Positions 24,108 through 37,123 are shown, counted from the stretch's first letter. The stretch: DNA of 64,000 nt from Heptranchias perlo (GCF_035084215.1 NC_090336.1:58838001-58902000); one strand, 5' to 3'. Notes: generated from the sequence alone by a model not told the origin. Numbers and translations are program-made.

Positions 24108-24414
24108 AGTTGGTTTGAAGTGAATTGGTTGAGGATGGAAGAGTGACTCAGGCTGCCAGCAACACAATTGGGCAGGTCCTTCAAGGGGCGGGAGATCCGC
24201 TCTGCCAGGTTACTGCCCAGACAATGAATCAAAAATTCCCCCACCCCCTTGATGTCACAAAAATGGATAAATGTAATAGCAGTGTACTGGGCTTGAGATG
24301 AGGAGGGGAGAGTGGGGTTTGAACATTGAAGTTGGACGTCAAAATATGAATCTAAATTTGGATTCAATTAATTACATTCAGCCATAGGGGGAGACAAAGC
24401 ATAAGGCTGTTGTT

Positions 24415-24418
<4 letters not shown>

Positions 24419-24456
<38 letters not shown>

Positions 24457-24472
24457 CGCTCGCGTGTATGTG
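24419..24472. repeat. (TG)n microsatellite
   Basis: Direct reading. Confidence 0.95.
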
Positions 24473-25147
24473 AAAACTCTAGCTTGTTATGATGACAAAC
24501 TATCAGTCGGCTCTTTATATAAAAAGGACTCTGTTTCAGCCTTTTTATAAAATGTAATGATAAAAATGAGTAATCCAGCAAGGAAGATGAACAGCAAATG
24601 AACAGAGCCATCACTTAGCATAACGGTTGGTAGTTATTACTTCAGCAAATACAATCGGTGAGTGTAATGGTTGATATGTATGTGTATAAAAACATACATA
24701 AGAACATAGAAAAAGGGCAACAAAAGACCATCAGACAACTGTGATCCTTTTATTGTTAGATATGGTCTACCCCCTCCACCCACAATCTGTAGTAACGCTA
24801 ACACCCAGAGGCAGCAAAAACACAGAATCGAGGGCCAATTTCATACTTCAAACAAATTGCAGGCACACGTGATTCATTGACATTTTACACGTTATGTTTG
24901 ATTATGAATGGTGCAAAGAAGCTTCTTATTTTTTAAAAACAACCTATCTTTCATGAAATATTTTTCTTTTTGTTACCAATTAGCGGTACAAAAATTTTGG
25001 TGATATCTCGTTACCTTTGTTTAACTTCTGTGTTGACGCTGGAGTACAACTCCCTCTTTTGGCTGATTGAAAATTAGCAACAATTTGAGAAAACTACCAG
25101 CTGTGTGAATATTGCAATTTGCTTAAACTGTAATAGCAGTGGTGCTA

Positions 25148-25532
25148 ATTTAAAATTCTCAGCCTTGTGTTCAAATCCCTCCAGGGCCTCACCCCTCCCT
25201 ATCTCTGTAACCTCCTCCGGACCTACAACCCTCCGAGATCTCTGCGCTCCTCCAATTTTGGCTTCTTGCCCATCCCTGATTTCCATTGCCCCACCATTGG
25301 TGGCCGTGCCTTCTGCTGCCTAGGCCCTAAGCTCTGGGATTCCCTCCTTAAACCTCTCCGCCTCTCTACCTTTCTCTTATCCTTTAAGTTGCTCCTTAAA
25401 ACCTACCTCTTTGACCAAGTCTTTGGTCACCTACCCTAATATCTCTTTACATGACTCGGAATCAAATTTTGATAACGCTCCTGTGAAGCACCTTGGGACG
25501 CTTTACTAGGTTAAAGGCAAGTTGTTGTTGGT
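25148..25532 (+). mobile_element. L2 LINE 3' fragment
   Basis: FKSLQGLTPPYL...GGRAF..GPKLWDSL..LKTYLF. Confidence 0.88.
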
Positions 25533-25624
25533 GTTATGTTTCTAGTCATGAATATATTCTCTATTTTACTGTAGTTTTTTTATGTACTCATCATGGTGAG
25601 GGATGCTGGTGCTAGGGAATGGAA

Positions 25625-25828
25625 CATTTCCATTGTGAACATCCATTGTCAGCACTAAGCACTCCCAGGTCAGGCAAAACATGGTTAGATGCAGAGCAAA
25701 GCTCCTTGTACTCTACACCAACCACACGTCTTGGCCCCGACCTCAGAGGAGTATCCTTCACTGCACTAGTGCGACATTTGTAAATTCCCACATTAACCAT
25801 TCTGCGGTCTCTCTGATTGAGATTACCA
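25625..25828 (+). repeat. Old unclassified interspersed repeat
   Basis: Homologous to 13025-13207. Confidence 0.6.
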
Positions 25829-25841
25829 ATCCACAACAGCT

Positions 25842-26160
25842 GCAACTTGTGTTTATATAACGCCTTTAACCTAGTTAAATGTCCCAAGGTGCTTCACTAG
25901 AGTGTAATCAGACAAAAAACAAAATTGAAACCAAGCCAAAGAAGGAGACATTAGGACAGGTGATGAAAATCTTGGCCAAAGAGGTAAGTTTTAAGGAGCG
26001 TCTTTAAAGGAGGAGAAAGATAGAGAGGTTTAGGGAGGGAATACCAGAGTTTAGGACCTAGACGACCGAAAGCACAGCCACCAATGGTGGGGTGATGGAA
26101 ATCAGGGATGCGCAAGAGGCCAGAGTTGGAGGAGCACAGAGATCTCAGAGGGTTGTAGGA
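25842..26160 (-). mobile_element. L2 LINE 3' fragment
   Basis: Minus ORF YNPLRSL..GPKLWYSLP..LKTYLF. Confidence 0.85.
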
Positions 26161-26594
26161 TTTAGGAATTAGGGTTAATTTTGTGCTGTGGACCAATAGC
26201 TTCTGAGAGCTGGACTGAGACTACCCAAAATAATTTCTAATGCTGCAGCTTTTAATTTTAATTTTTAAAATTTACTGTCTTCTGGGGATTATTACGATCA
26301 AGAACCGCCCGTTTGGGGAACCACAGAGATGACTATGCATCCTACCAATCTGTGACCCAGCTCGTTACAGCATCAACTCTGTGCCAGAGGTGGGATGATG
26401 CCTACCGCACCTGAGATACAACTTGGTGCAGAGGTGCAATACCTGGGAGCCACGGATTGAGATATTAATGTTTGATTAATGCTCTTCAACCGGATGGTGC
26501 AATGTGCATTCAGTGCAGGCACTCGCAGTTTCAATCTAAATTAGCATTTAAAACAGAAAGTGTCACGACTTAGAGCTCTTACAGGGGACAGAGT

Positions 26595-26750
26595 GACCAC
26601 TGGCTCAGAGATAGTATTCCCGCCTCTGAGCCAGAAGGTGAAAGGTGCGGGCCTCACTCCAGACAGCCCCGGTGAGCGGAGATCGGAGCTCCAGCTCTGA
26701 ATACTAGATTGACGTCCAGTGGGGGTACTCATGTCCGGTAGGTGTCCCCA
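26595..26750 (+). mobile_element. tRNA-headed SINE, third family
   Basis: ctggctcag..tag.attcc.gcctctgagccagaaggtg...gctctgaat.ct.g.ttgac; homologous to 45015-45140. Confidence 0.6.
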
Positions 26751-27504
26751 ATCCTAAAGGGTAGGTGGGTCTTTTTAGCCTTGGTTGGAACCCACCTTGG
26801 AGAAGGTACTAAGAAAACAACGAGAAACCACCTCAGCTACTCTTCCCTAGTTAAGTGGCTCAGAATCTCCTGTGTGAGACTTGAGTTAGGACCTGCCCTA
26901 GGACACAAAGCAACACAACGGGACGTATGGTGTTATAAATCTGTAATATAAATCTTTACATCAGCTACAATGCTGTAACTGACCAGAGGGGGAGTCTGGT
27001 GTTTTGCAGCAAAGAAAGGACTCGACAAAAACATGCAATGTGCTCGCAGTTGATAGTGGGAGCACAGCCTCATATTTGGGAGACTCCTGTCAAAAAAGAT
27101 AATTCAAATACACACACAGACGAATTGTACGGCCATGCACACCTGCACTGCACTACTTTTGGAGAATTTATTGGTCAGTTAGTTCCTGATACACCCAGGC
27201 ACAGCCTGCAGTACACATTCGGTTTGTAAAGCAGATATAAAAGTTACTGGGTAAGGTTGCACTATAGCAAATGTAATACCTGATGCAATGCAAGCTATTG
27301 TCAGGCGGTTTTTGCAGCAATGTTGAATTTTTAAAGAAACATTTGATATATATATTTTTAAGGGTGCACGTCATCAGTGATGGAATGACATTAAAAATTT
27401 ACCAGACGTGTTATTGCACAGCACTTGTTTACAAACTTGGAAAAATTAGTTGCTCACCAATTTACTGGGAAGTTGATGACCCTTTTAATGACTGTGGTGT
27501 TACA

Positions 27505-28132
27505 GGTGGCTATTGAAGCTGATTCAATCACAAGATTTAAGAGGGAGTTAAATAGACACCTGGAGGAAGAGAAGGAGGAGGCAAAGATTAAAGAAAGAAC
27601 TTGCATTTATATAGCACCTTTCACAACCTCAGAATGTCCCAAAGTGCTTTACAGCCAATGAAATACTTTTTGAAATGTAGTCACTGTTGACATGGCAGCC
27701 AATTTTCGCACAAGCTCCCACAAACAGCAATGTGATAATGACCAGATAAAGTGGTGGTGTTTGAGGGATAAATATTGGCACAGACACTGGGGAGAAATCA
27801 CCTGCTCTTCAAAATAGTGCCAAGATCTTTTACATCCACCTGATAGGGCAGACATTTAACATCTCTTCCGAAAGACAGCACCTCCGACAGTGCTGCACTC
27901 CCTCAGTACTGCACTGGAGTGTCAGCCTAGATTTTGTGCTCAAGTCTCTGGAGGAGGACTTGAACTTACAACCTTCTGACTCAGAGGCGAGAGTGTTACC
28001 GGCTAAGCAGACACCGTGGGGAACAAGCAGGAAATGAACACTAAAATAGGTAGCTCCACTGTAATGTTAGCAGTGGCACAGGACACAATGGGCCAAATGG
28101 CCTCCTTCTGTGCTTAAATTTTTATGATTCTA
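27505..28132 (+). mobile_element. Old CR1 3' end split by a DeuSINE
   Basis: IEADSITRFKRELNRHL before the SINE; ggggaacaagcagg...ggccaaatggcctccttctgtg..atgattcta after it. Confidence 0.65.
27590..28015 (-). mobile_element. DeuSINE
   Basis: Tail, Deu core and head all present. Confidence 0.88.
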
Positions 28133-28370
28133 GGTAATTGTGTTTAGGATTATTTTTATAAGCTAACTTTTTTTTAAAGAGGTTAGAAGAGATTAAAATC
28201 ATAAAACTATTTGCTTCTGAATGACAGTGTTATAGTGAGACAGCTCTTTAGTCTTTGATGTGTGTGCTCAAGGACTGTTTTGGGTTTGCCACTATTGTGA
28301 ATAGCAGCCTTTCAAGGACTGATAGACAGGACAGGGAGCTCATGTCACTCAGAGAGACAAACTGAAGATT

Positions 28371-28725
28371 GGGGCAGAATTTTGACTTCAAGCGGGGAAG
28401 AGAGCTGAGGTGGGGCGGGGAGGGGGGAAGATTTTCGGGTGCGAAACCTGGAAGGTAAGTTGGCGGCGTGACCTTAATGATCGTGGGGGTCCTGTCGGCC
28501 AGGTGAGCTTGTTGGGTCTGGATGAAGCACTCCTGCTCCTTTGGACCCATAAGCAGCAATAAAGGCACTCACCTCATGGATCCGACCCCGACCTCCAGCT
28601 TTCACCTGACATGAATTGGAAGCAATGGGAAACCCGATCAGGTAAGGTTAAATTCATTTTAATTTTCCAATACACAAAATATTGAGTACCTCAAGTATTT
28701 CAGTCTTACTGATGTGGCATTAACG
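28371..28725. mobile_element. Partial MITE, same family as 49584-50351
   Basis: Shared aataaaggcactcacct...ctttcacctgacatgaat...ggtaaggttaaatt. Confidence 0.7.
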
Positions 28726-28754
28726 GGTGATATGCTCTCCATCACCAAGACCGC

Positions 28755-29258
28755 CTAACTTGAGCTCATCCAAAACTCTGCTGCCCGTTTCCCAACTGGC
28801 ACCAATTCCTGTTCACCCATCACCCCCATGCTTGCTGACCTACATTGGTTCCCGGTCTAGCAACGTCTCGAATTTAAAATTCTTATCCTTGCTTGAAATC
28901 CCTCCATGGCCTCGCCCCTCCCTATCTCTGTAACCTCCTCCAGCCCCACAACCCTTGAAGACCTCTGCGCTCCTCCAATTCTGGCCTCTTGCGCAGCCCA
29001 GATTTTAATCGTTCCACCATTGGCGGCCGTGCCATCACCTGCCTAGGCCCTAAGCTTTGGAATTCCCTCCCTAAACCTCTCCGCCTCTCTCTCCTCCGTT
29101 AAGACGCTCTTGAACCCTATCTCTGCGACCATCTATCGTAACATCTCCTTATATGGCTCGGTGTCAAATTTTGTTTGATAACACTCCTGCGAAGTGCACT
29201 GGGATGTTTTACTACGTTAAAGGTGCTATATAAATGCAAGGTGTTTTTGTTTTGTTGT
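28755..29258 (+). mobile_element. L2 LINE 3' fragment
   Basis: L2 3' consensus and tail. Confidence 0.88.
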
Positions 29259-29721
29259 AAATCACATCAGGAACGAAGAGGGAGAAATAGCCAAATACAG
29301 GAAAAGGTGAGAGGCTGCAAAGGATAGGGATTTAAAAACAAAAGGTGAATTTTGAAAGACGGTATGTAAGACTCCCATATCACTGAGCCCTGGCGGCTAC
29401 TCGATGAGCTATTGAAAGATCGCGACTGCTATGTGTTTGTAAAACCAGGCCAACGCTGGCCTTATCTGTGCATAATTTTTCAGAGACCTTATCCTGTTGT
29501 CAAAGGGAACATGGCTTGCCAGAACAGCGTTACCTGCACTCCCTCAGTTTCAACAGCATGTCTGTCTTAGTACTAGTGTAACATCTCCTATTGCCTGAAC
29601 AGGTAGGAAGGAATTCATTTACTCTTTGCTGTTTCAGTTGCAATGGCTGCTGGTCATATTTCCGCTGCCCAAAAATACATTTCTGCATCAGTGCTAAAAG
29701 AAAAAAAAGGGAGGAAGAAGA

Positions 29722-30102
29722 AAAAGAAAGAAAGACAGACTTGCATTTATATAGTGCCTTTCATGACCTCAGGTCACCACAAAGTGCTTTACAGCTAATG
29801 AAGTACTTTTGTAATGCAGGAAATGCGGCAGTCAATTTGCACACAGCAAAGTCCAACAAACAGCAATGTGATAATTGACCAGATAATCGTTTTTTAGGTG
29901 TTGGTTGAGAGATAAATATTGGCCAGAATACCAGGGGGATCTCTCCTGCTCTTCTTCAAAATAGTACCATGGGATCTTTTACACCAGCCTGAGAGGGCAT
30001 ACGGGCCTCGGTTTAGCCTCATCCAAAAGACAGCACCTCTGACAGTGCAGTACTCCCTCAGTACTGCACTCGGAGTGTCAACCTAGATTTTGTGCTCAAT
30101 TC
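29722..30102 (-). mobile_element. DeuSINE (head truncated)
   Basis: Tail and Deu core. Confidence 0.85.
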
Positions 30103-30247
30103 TTTGGTCTTCCAGTGAGTCATATTTTGTCTGAGAGGTCAAGAGAGGAGGATGGAGATGGAGGGGACAAGCAACTCACTTCCAGGTTTCTGTCAGTTTT
30201 GTTCTGTAATTGGCAGCTGGAAGGTGCCCAATAACTGGTTGTTTTAA

Positions 30248-30677
30248 TCTGAGTCAGAAGGTCATGGTTTCAAGGCTCACTCCAGAGAACAAAATCTAGG
30301 CTGGCACTCCAGAATAGTACTGAGGGAGCGCTGCACTCTCAAGAGATGCCGACTTTCGGATGGGATGTTAAACCGAGGCCCCGTTTGCCCTCTCAGGTGA
30401 ACGTAAAAGATCCCACGGTGCTATTTTGAAGAAGAGCAGGGGCATTCTCCCCATTATCCTGGCCAATATTTATCTTTCAATCTATCCATCACTAAAAACA
30501 CAATATCTGGTCACTATCACATTGCTGTTTGTGGGACCTTGCTGTGCCCAAATTGGCTGCTGTGTCTCCTACATTACAACAGTGACTACGCTTCAAGAGT
30601 ACATGATTAGCTGTTAAGCGCTTTGGGACGTTCTGAGGTTGTGAAAGGTGCTATATAAAGGTAAGTCTTTCTTCTTT
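30248..30677 (+). mobile_element. DeuSINE
   Basis: ctgagtcagaagg head remnant, Deu core, tail. Confidence 0.85.
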
Positions 30678-30890
30678 TGAAGTACCTTGTGTCCACTTAG
30701 AAGTCCCCCTTGTTGGCCAGAGATTGACTGAGAGCTTGTTGTGTTTGAAATTTTGGGTGCAAACCTGCGGTGTCCCTTTTTGGCATTAGTGTATCAGTGC
30801 TCTGATGTTCTACAATGATTTTAATAAGAGTTCTATCGCTCATTAGAATTTCAAAAAATTTAGATCATTTAGACCAGAAAGTTACTTTAA

Positions 30891-31002
30891 TTTTTTTTTA
30901 TTCGTTCATGGGATGTGGGCGTCGCTGGCAAGGCCGGCATTTATTGCCCATCCCTAATTGCCCTTGAGAAGGTGGTGGTGAGCCGCCTCCTTGAACCGCT
31001 GC
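30891..31002 (-). mobile_element. HHHLL-family LINE 3' end
   Basis: T-run + attcgttcatgggatgtgggcgtcgctggcaagg. Confidence 0.8.
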
Positions 31003-31359
31003 TTCAAATGGTCTGGAATCAATGTGAAATAACCAGCTTGTGCCACAGGGATAGTGTAGCAGTAGGGGGGCAAGCATTACACCACTGCCCACGTCACAAC
31101 AAGAGTACTTCAGCAGTCATTCACTGTATCTGAAATGTTTCCGAGAGATGTGATGAGATGCTACGTAAATGCGAGTCTCTTTCCCTGGCCAAAGAACACT
31201 TACTCTTCAAAGGATTACCATATGAATTCTGTCAGTTCTCAGTGAGCTGTTAGTAGCGTGAAGTTGGGAGACTTATTTATCCATAACTGCTGTTAGACAG
31301 ATGTACACTTCCTACTGACTGATAAATTCTAGTCTCCCTCTATGCTGTTTGGACTGGGG

Positions 31360-31392
31360 AGAGGAGGAGGAAGAGGAGGAGGAGGAGGAGGA
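31360..31392. repeat. (GGA)n microsatellite
   Basis: Direct reading. Confidence 0.85.
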
Positions 31393-31842
31393 AAAATTGT
31401 AATGAATAAAAACAAAGTGGAAAATCATGATATAAAATGGAAAAAAAAGTGACAAACTGCTGGTTTCATACACAATCCTAATCTCAACAATAACTGTGAT
31501 GACCTCCTGTTATTCTGTATACTTGCTTTGAGATAACACTTAGGATTGTGTTTCTATGAATACTATTATGGTTGTACAGACCGTTCTTTCTTATTTTCTG
31601 TTACCATTGGGGCCTTGAGCTTACACAAGAAAGAGAAATTACTTACTGGTAAATGTTTTTCCCAGATGAACTCACTCACAAATCTCACAGTCTACACCAA
31701 ATAGATTTCTCTTTTTCTTTTTGGTAGTTTTATTGTATCTTTCTCTCTTACCTGCTCCTCCAATAGTTGCCCAGTGAATGTACCTCTCTGACCCCCATCA
31801 CTGTTACTCTATAGCTGACCACCAGGTGATGTACAAGTATAG

Positions 31843-32360
31843 CCAGCCTTCCATCTTCCACCCTTTATAAACTTGAGCTCATCCAAAACTCTGCAGCCTG
31901 TATCCCATTTTGCACCAAGTCCCATTCACCCATCACCCTAGTGCTCGCTGACCTACATTGGCTCCCAGTGCACCAGTGCCTCAAATTTAAAATTCTCATC
32001 CTCATGTTCAAATCCCTCCATGGCCTCGAGCCTCTATCTCTGTAACATCCTCCAGCCCTACAACTCACCGAGAATTCTGCATTCCTCCAATTCTGGCCTC
32101 ATGCGCATCCCTGAATTCCTTCGCCCACCATTGGCGACGGTGCCTTCAGTCTAGGCCCTAAGCTCTGAAATTCTCTCCCTAAACCTCTCTGCCTCTCTCC
32201 TCCTTTAAGATGCTCCTTAAAACCTACCTCTTTGGCCAAGTTTTTAGTCACCTGCCCTAATGTCTCCTTGTTTGGCTCGGTATCAATTTTTGGTCTGATT
32301 ACGCTCCTGTGTAGCACCTTGGGACATTTTACTAGGTTAACAGCACTATATAAATTCAAA
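31843..32360 (+). mobile_element. L2 LINE 3' fragment
   Basis: L2 3' consensus. Confidence 0.88.
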
Positions 32361-32534
32361 TTATAAGGTGATTTCCTCCCTTTTCTGATGGGGAAGCATT
32401 TGGGCTCCTCCTTAGAACCACCCTGAAGCAGCATGGTTGAGTTCGGAAGACTGAATCATTAGAAATAAACCCATCTCCTAACATGCTGTGGAATTGCATT
32501 ATGTGTTTTTCTTAATTAAACAAAGGGTTTGCAG

Positions 32535-32675
32535 GGAATGGCACAAAACCTGTCCTTCCCCTCTGGGATCTGGGTTCAATTTCAACCTGGACCAATGGAT
32601 TGAAAATCTGCTCTCTTTGCTGGATGTGAAATGAGTTTTGAATAGTTTCAAGTTAGTTCCCAGAAAGCCCACTAT
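32535..32675 (+). mobile_element. LF-SINE-like ancient SINE fragment
   Basis: ccttcccctctgggatctgggttcaatttcaacc and atgtgaaatgagtt..agttcc resemble the recalled LF-SINE consensus. Confidence 0.45.
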
Positions 32676-32687
32676 ACCCCTAAGCAT

Positions 32688-33552
32688 TGATGATTGAGGG
32701 GTGATCTGATCGAGGTGTTTAAAATGTTAAAAGGAGTCGACAGGGTAGATGCAGAGAAAGTATTTCCTGTGATGGGGGAATCAAGAATGAGGGGACATAA
32801 TCTTCAAATTCGAGCGAGGCCATTTAGGAGTGAAATCAGAACATGAGAAAAGAAGAAATAGGAGCAGGAGTAGGCCATACGGCCCCTTGAGGCTGCTCGA
32901 CCATTCAATAAGATCATGGCTGATCTTTGTCCTCAACTCCACTTTCCAGCCCGATCCCCACATCCCTTGATTCCCCTAGAGTCCAAAAATCTATCTATCT
33001 CAGCCTTGAATATATTCAACGACTCAACATCTACAGCCCTCTGGGGTAGAGAATTCCAAAGATTCACAATCCTCTGAGTGAAGAAATTCCTCCTCATCTC
33101 AGTCTTAAATGGCCCACCCTTTATCCTGAGACTATGCCCTCTAATTCTAGACTCTCCAGCCAGGGGAAACAACCTCTCAGCATCCACCCTTTCAAGCACT
33201 CTCAAATCTTATATATTTCAATTAGATCACCTCTCATTCTTCTGAACTCCAGAGAATATAGGCCCATTCTCTCCTCATAGGACAACCCTCTCATCCCATC
33301 AGGAAGCACTTTTTCACACAAAGGGTAGTAGAAATCTGGAACTCTCTTCCCAAAAAGCTGTGGATACTGGGACAATTGGAGCTTTCAAGACTGAGGTCGA
33401 TAGATTTCTGTTAGGTAAGGGTATCAAGGGATATGGAGCTAAGGCAGGTAAATGGAGTTGAGGTATCGATCAGCCATGATGTAATTGAATGGCAGAGCAG
33501 GCTTGAGGGACTGAATGGCCTCCTCCTGTGCTGTACATACTATGATACTATG
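32688..33552 (+). mobile_element. CR1 3' fragment (host of a nested CR1)
   Basis: Continuous CR1 text across the insertion; atcag duplicated at 32835-32839 and 33298-33302. Confidence 0.85.
32840..33297 (-). mobile_element. Nested CR1 3' fragment
   Basis: RGHSLRIKGGPFKTEMRRNFFTQRIVNLWNSLP. Confidence 0.9.
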
Positions 33553-34019
33553 ATGCCTTTAAATTCTTAGAGCTAGTTTACAAAAAACTGACGGGGGATC
33601 AAACTGTCTTCAGACTGGTCTAATCCAGACTAATGTACAGCAAGCAAAAAGAGTTAAGTGTTAGTTATTTAACTAAGTTAAAATGCAATCACTTCTATTT
33701 GGACCAGGTTTCTATTGTATGTATTTCATCCAAAAACAAATTTAAATGCATTATTTGTGCAGAAATGTAAAGTAAAAATCAAATAGCTTGAAGTATCTTG
33801 AAGCAAATACCATAGGCACAGAGTCACTATATCTGGCTTAGGAAAGAGAACACAACCAAATTTACTATTGTGATACAAACATATTTGAATTATAATTGAA
33901 TCTGGATCCACAGGGTTTTCATTGTTATTATCAGACATTACCTGGTATCATTAGCAGCACCTAAACTGATAACCAGTATCTAATACTAATCCACTGTAAT
34001 TTACATTTGAGTTACAGTG

Positions 34020-34130
34020 AGTCTACAGGACAGAAACAGACCACTCTGCCCAACTAGTCTATGTCGGCGTTTATGCTCCATATGAGCCTTCTCCCTCCCT
34101 ACTTCATCCACCCCTATCAGCATACCCTTC
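34020..34130 (-). mobile_element. CR1 3' tail
   Basis: acagaaacagacca..gcccaactagtctatg..tttatgctcca. Confidence 0.65.
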
Positions 34131-34310
34131 TTAAGGCAAAAAGGAACATTTTAGTGCACCATTGCTTATCAAAGAGTAGGTAGACCAGAATGTTTTGTTT
34201 TTCTTTTCTTTTCAGACTCGCTGCAAAGCAGGAACTTTTCCAGACATCATCTTCTTGGCAGATGCTGACAATTACATTTCAAATATTTCTTTACAGGAAG
34301 AGATGACCTT

Positions 34311-34542
34311 GAAAGAAAGAAAGTAAGTAAAAAATAAAACTTCCATTTCTATAGTGCCTTTCATGACCTCAGGACGTCCCAAAGTGCTTTGCAGCCAATG
34401 AGGTACTTTTTGAAGTACATTATTGTTGTAATGTAGAAAACGTGGCAGCCAATTTGCGCACAGCAAGGTCCCACAAACATCAATGTAATAATGGTCAGAT
34501 AATCTGTTTTAGTGATGTTGGTTGAGAGATAAATATTGGCCA
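34311..34542 (-). mobile_element. DeuSINE 3' half
   Basis: Matches SINE tail consensus. Confidence 0.82.
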
Positions 34543-34899
34543 GTAGTTTGAGCTGTGCTATGCCTCTTGTTTTTAAGGTGCTTTCCTGGATGGTGAAAAA
34601 GTGAGTAACAGTTAAGTGGAAAATCACTTGTGGCAGAATTGGGGCCGGACAGAGAATAAAGCAGCTATCCAACAGCTTTAGACTGTAAGCCCCACTGTCC
34701 TCACAAGTGAAAGCCTCTGAAAACTGAGGAGATTTCTTGAGCATTGTCTGAAAGAGAAATAGTTAAAGATGGAGAAGCTAAGGGGCAGCAACAACAATAG
34801 GTGATGTACAGAAGATTATGGATACATTTATTACAATATCATGAATCCATTTTTGTTTCTGATTGCTGTGTTCCAACAACACCGACACTGAAAAGTGTC

Positions 34900-35100
34900 T
34901 CAAGCTGCTTCACAGAGGCATGAAGAAAACAGACGCCAAGCCAAAGGAGAGATTCAGAGGAGCTTGGTCAAGAGGTGCGCTCTAAAGAGATACTTAAAGC
35001 AGGAGAGGGAGGTGGAGAAGCGGAGAGGCTTAGGGAGGGAATTCAACAGAGTGGGACCTAAGTGGCTTCCAGCATGGCTGCCAATAGTGGGGCGAAAGGA
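34900..35100 (-). mobile_element. Diverged L2 3' fragment
   Basis: gcttggtcaagagg..ttaaagcaggagagggaggtggagaagcggagaggcttagggagggaattc. Confidence 0.7.
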
Positions 35101-36915
35101 GGGGGGGTGGTGCACTTATTAATTCAACAAGAATTAATTAAGAACAGCACAATGGATTAAAAATACTTACAAAGGATTCAATGTAAAAATAGTACATAAA
35201 ATGTACGAAGTGCACTGTACTTGAGATAAAACACAAATTTCACCTTCTATTGATAAGAGTTGTTCATATCCTTAGTTTACAACGGGCTAGCCCTGGATTA
35301 TGTTAAAACTGAACAGGAGGTAAAACAAACACAAGTACACCATTGACAATCACAAAAACTAAACAAATGGTGTAAATCACTCTCAGTCAGGTTGTTACTG
35401 ATAAGGACCTATAGCTTAAGACCTTTCTTCACACCAGCAATCTACTAAACTGTGGAGAGGTTAATACCCAAACAAACAGGGGATTAAGGGGAACTATTTC
35501 AGATAAACTGTGTAGAGAGTTCCCCTGTTTGAAAACGGTGTTGATAATTCTAATAGTAAAAGTTTAATTGTAGAGAGGCATCAAGTTGTTGTGTTCCTGT
35601 TGGTTATATCGCTTTCTAACCTTACATCAGTCCCGAAGATTAGTCAGCAGTATGGAAGTGATGTAATTGGAAATACTTACAGTTTTCCAAACTTTGCCAT
35701 TTTATCTCAGAGTTTTATGTGATATTTTTACCATTCAGATTAGAAAAATACTCCCAAATTTATCCCTTCAGCACTCAAGCTATGATACAAATTGTTCTAC
35801 AGCACTGAAAGCTGCTTGAGTTTGAACAGCTATAGTCCGTCACAATGTAAATAGCCTCCCTGTCAGCCTGGTATGATTTCCCCTTAAATACCCTTTGTAG
35901 GTGCTAAATTATTTGGCAAGTGAGCTAAACTGTTTACAAGGATGAAAATATTTGCAAAACAGAAATAATAAAAAACAGTCTTGTGGCAGAATTTAGTAAC
36001 CAGTCCAGTAATTACTTTCATGTGGCAAACAGACTTTTGTTAGCAAACATGGTCTAGAAGTTACTATTGGTGATATTAGCAGATGAACACTCAGTGCGTC
36101 CAAATGACCTTCCTCCGTACACTATTTTAATATGTACATTAAATCTTTTTATTTTAAGTTTGCTATAGCCTCTACTGCAACAGATGGATGTCATACAAAC
36201 AGGTTAACTGTCTGCTAATAATATTAACAGGAATTTCTAGGCTCATATTTTCTCAGGAGAAAACCAAACCATATCAGACTTGTGAAGCATTAGTGTTTAT
36301 AGAACAGTAAGAGGCATTACAGAATATTGGAGAAAATTCTTCACAAAATACACACGGTGCAATAGATGAAGATTTAAACTCTTGAAGCACTTCAGGCTGT
36401 TTTAACTCTACAAACTATACTCCCTTCCTATCCTCCTTCCCCTCTCTCTTTCTCTCTCTCATTTTTCAATTTGCCACAAAGAACCAAAAATTCTACAAAT
36501 CACACAGTAGTGACCCTGAATTGTTGGAGGTTAGACTGGAAGTTTTCAGTCATGGACCCTTTGGCCAGGTCAGTACAAGGCCTGTAATGTGAAGCACTCC
36601 ATCTTCTCATGTGTCTTAATAACCTAAAACACTATCCTGATAACTGTAATCCTGCTTTTTAACAAAGATAACTAGCCTATGCTGGACAGATAAGAGCAGT
36701 GGTGTCTGTTTTAAGATTGGAAGTATCATCGACATCATTAGCTTGACCCCGTGACCTTTTCCTGCGCTCCTTTGGAGCGTATCTTAACGAAGTATACTCA
36801 ATTTCTTCTCCAGATGCCATGCTGGTGCCACTTCCACACTAGCCCAGCGGTGGTTCATGGAACAGATCACTGGAAACATACTAACTCCATTGGGTTATAG
36901 TATTTACAAATATAT

Positions 36916-37123
36916 AGAAAGAAAGAACTTGCATTTCTATTGCGCCTTTCATGACCTCAGGACGTCCCAAAGTACTTTACAGCCAATCAAATGCTTTTGA
37001 AGTGTAGTCACTGTTGTAATGTAGGAACCGCGGCAGCCAATTTGCGCACAGCAAGATCCCACAAATAGCAATGAGATAAATGACCAGATAATCTTTTTTT
37101 TTAGTGATGTTGGTTGAGGGATA
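36916..37123 (-). mobile_element. DeuSINE 3' half
   Basis: Matches SINE tail consensus. Confidence 0.85.

Noticed and set aside
29370-29582. Stop-free frame EPWRLLDELLKDRDCYVF...
   Set aside because: No good acceptor/donor pair or recognised homology
34216-34322. Candidate exon (strong polypyrimidine-CAG acceptor, AA|GTAAGT donor)
   Set aside because: Peptide TRCKAGTFPDIIFLADADNY.. is unrecognised, the donor lies in a SINE microsatellite tail, and no partner exons were found; a non-coding exon cannot be excluded
35473-35531. miRNA-like hairpin (caaacagggg / cccctgtttg)
   Set aside because: Only short alternative stems of 8-10 bp; no match to a miRNA I recognise
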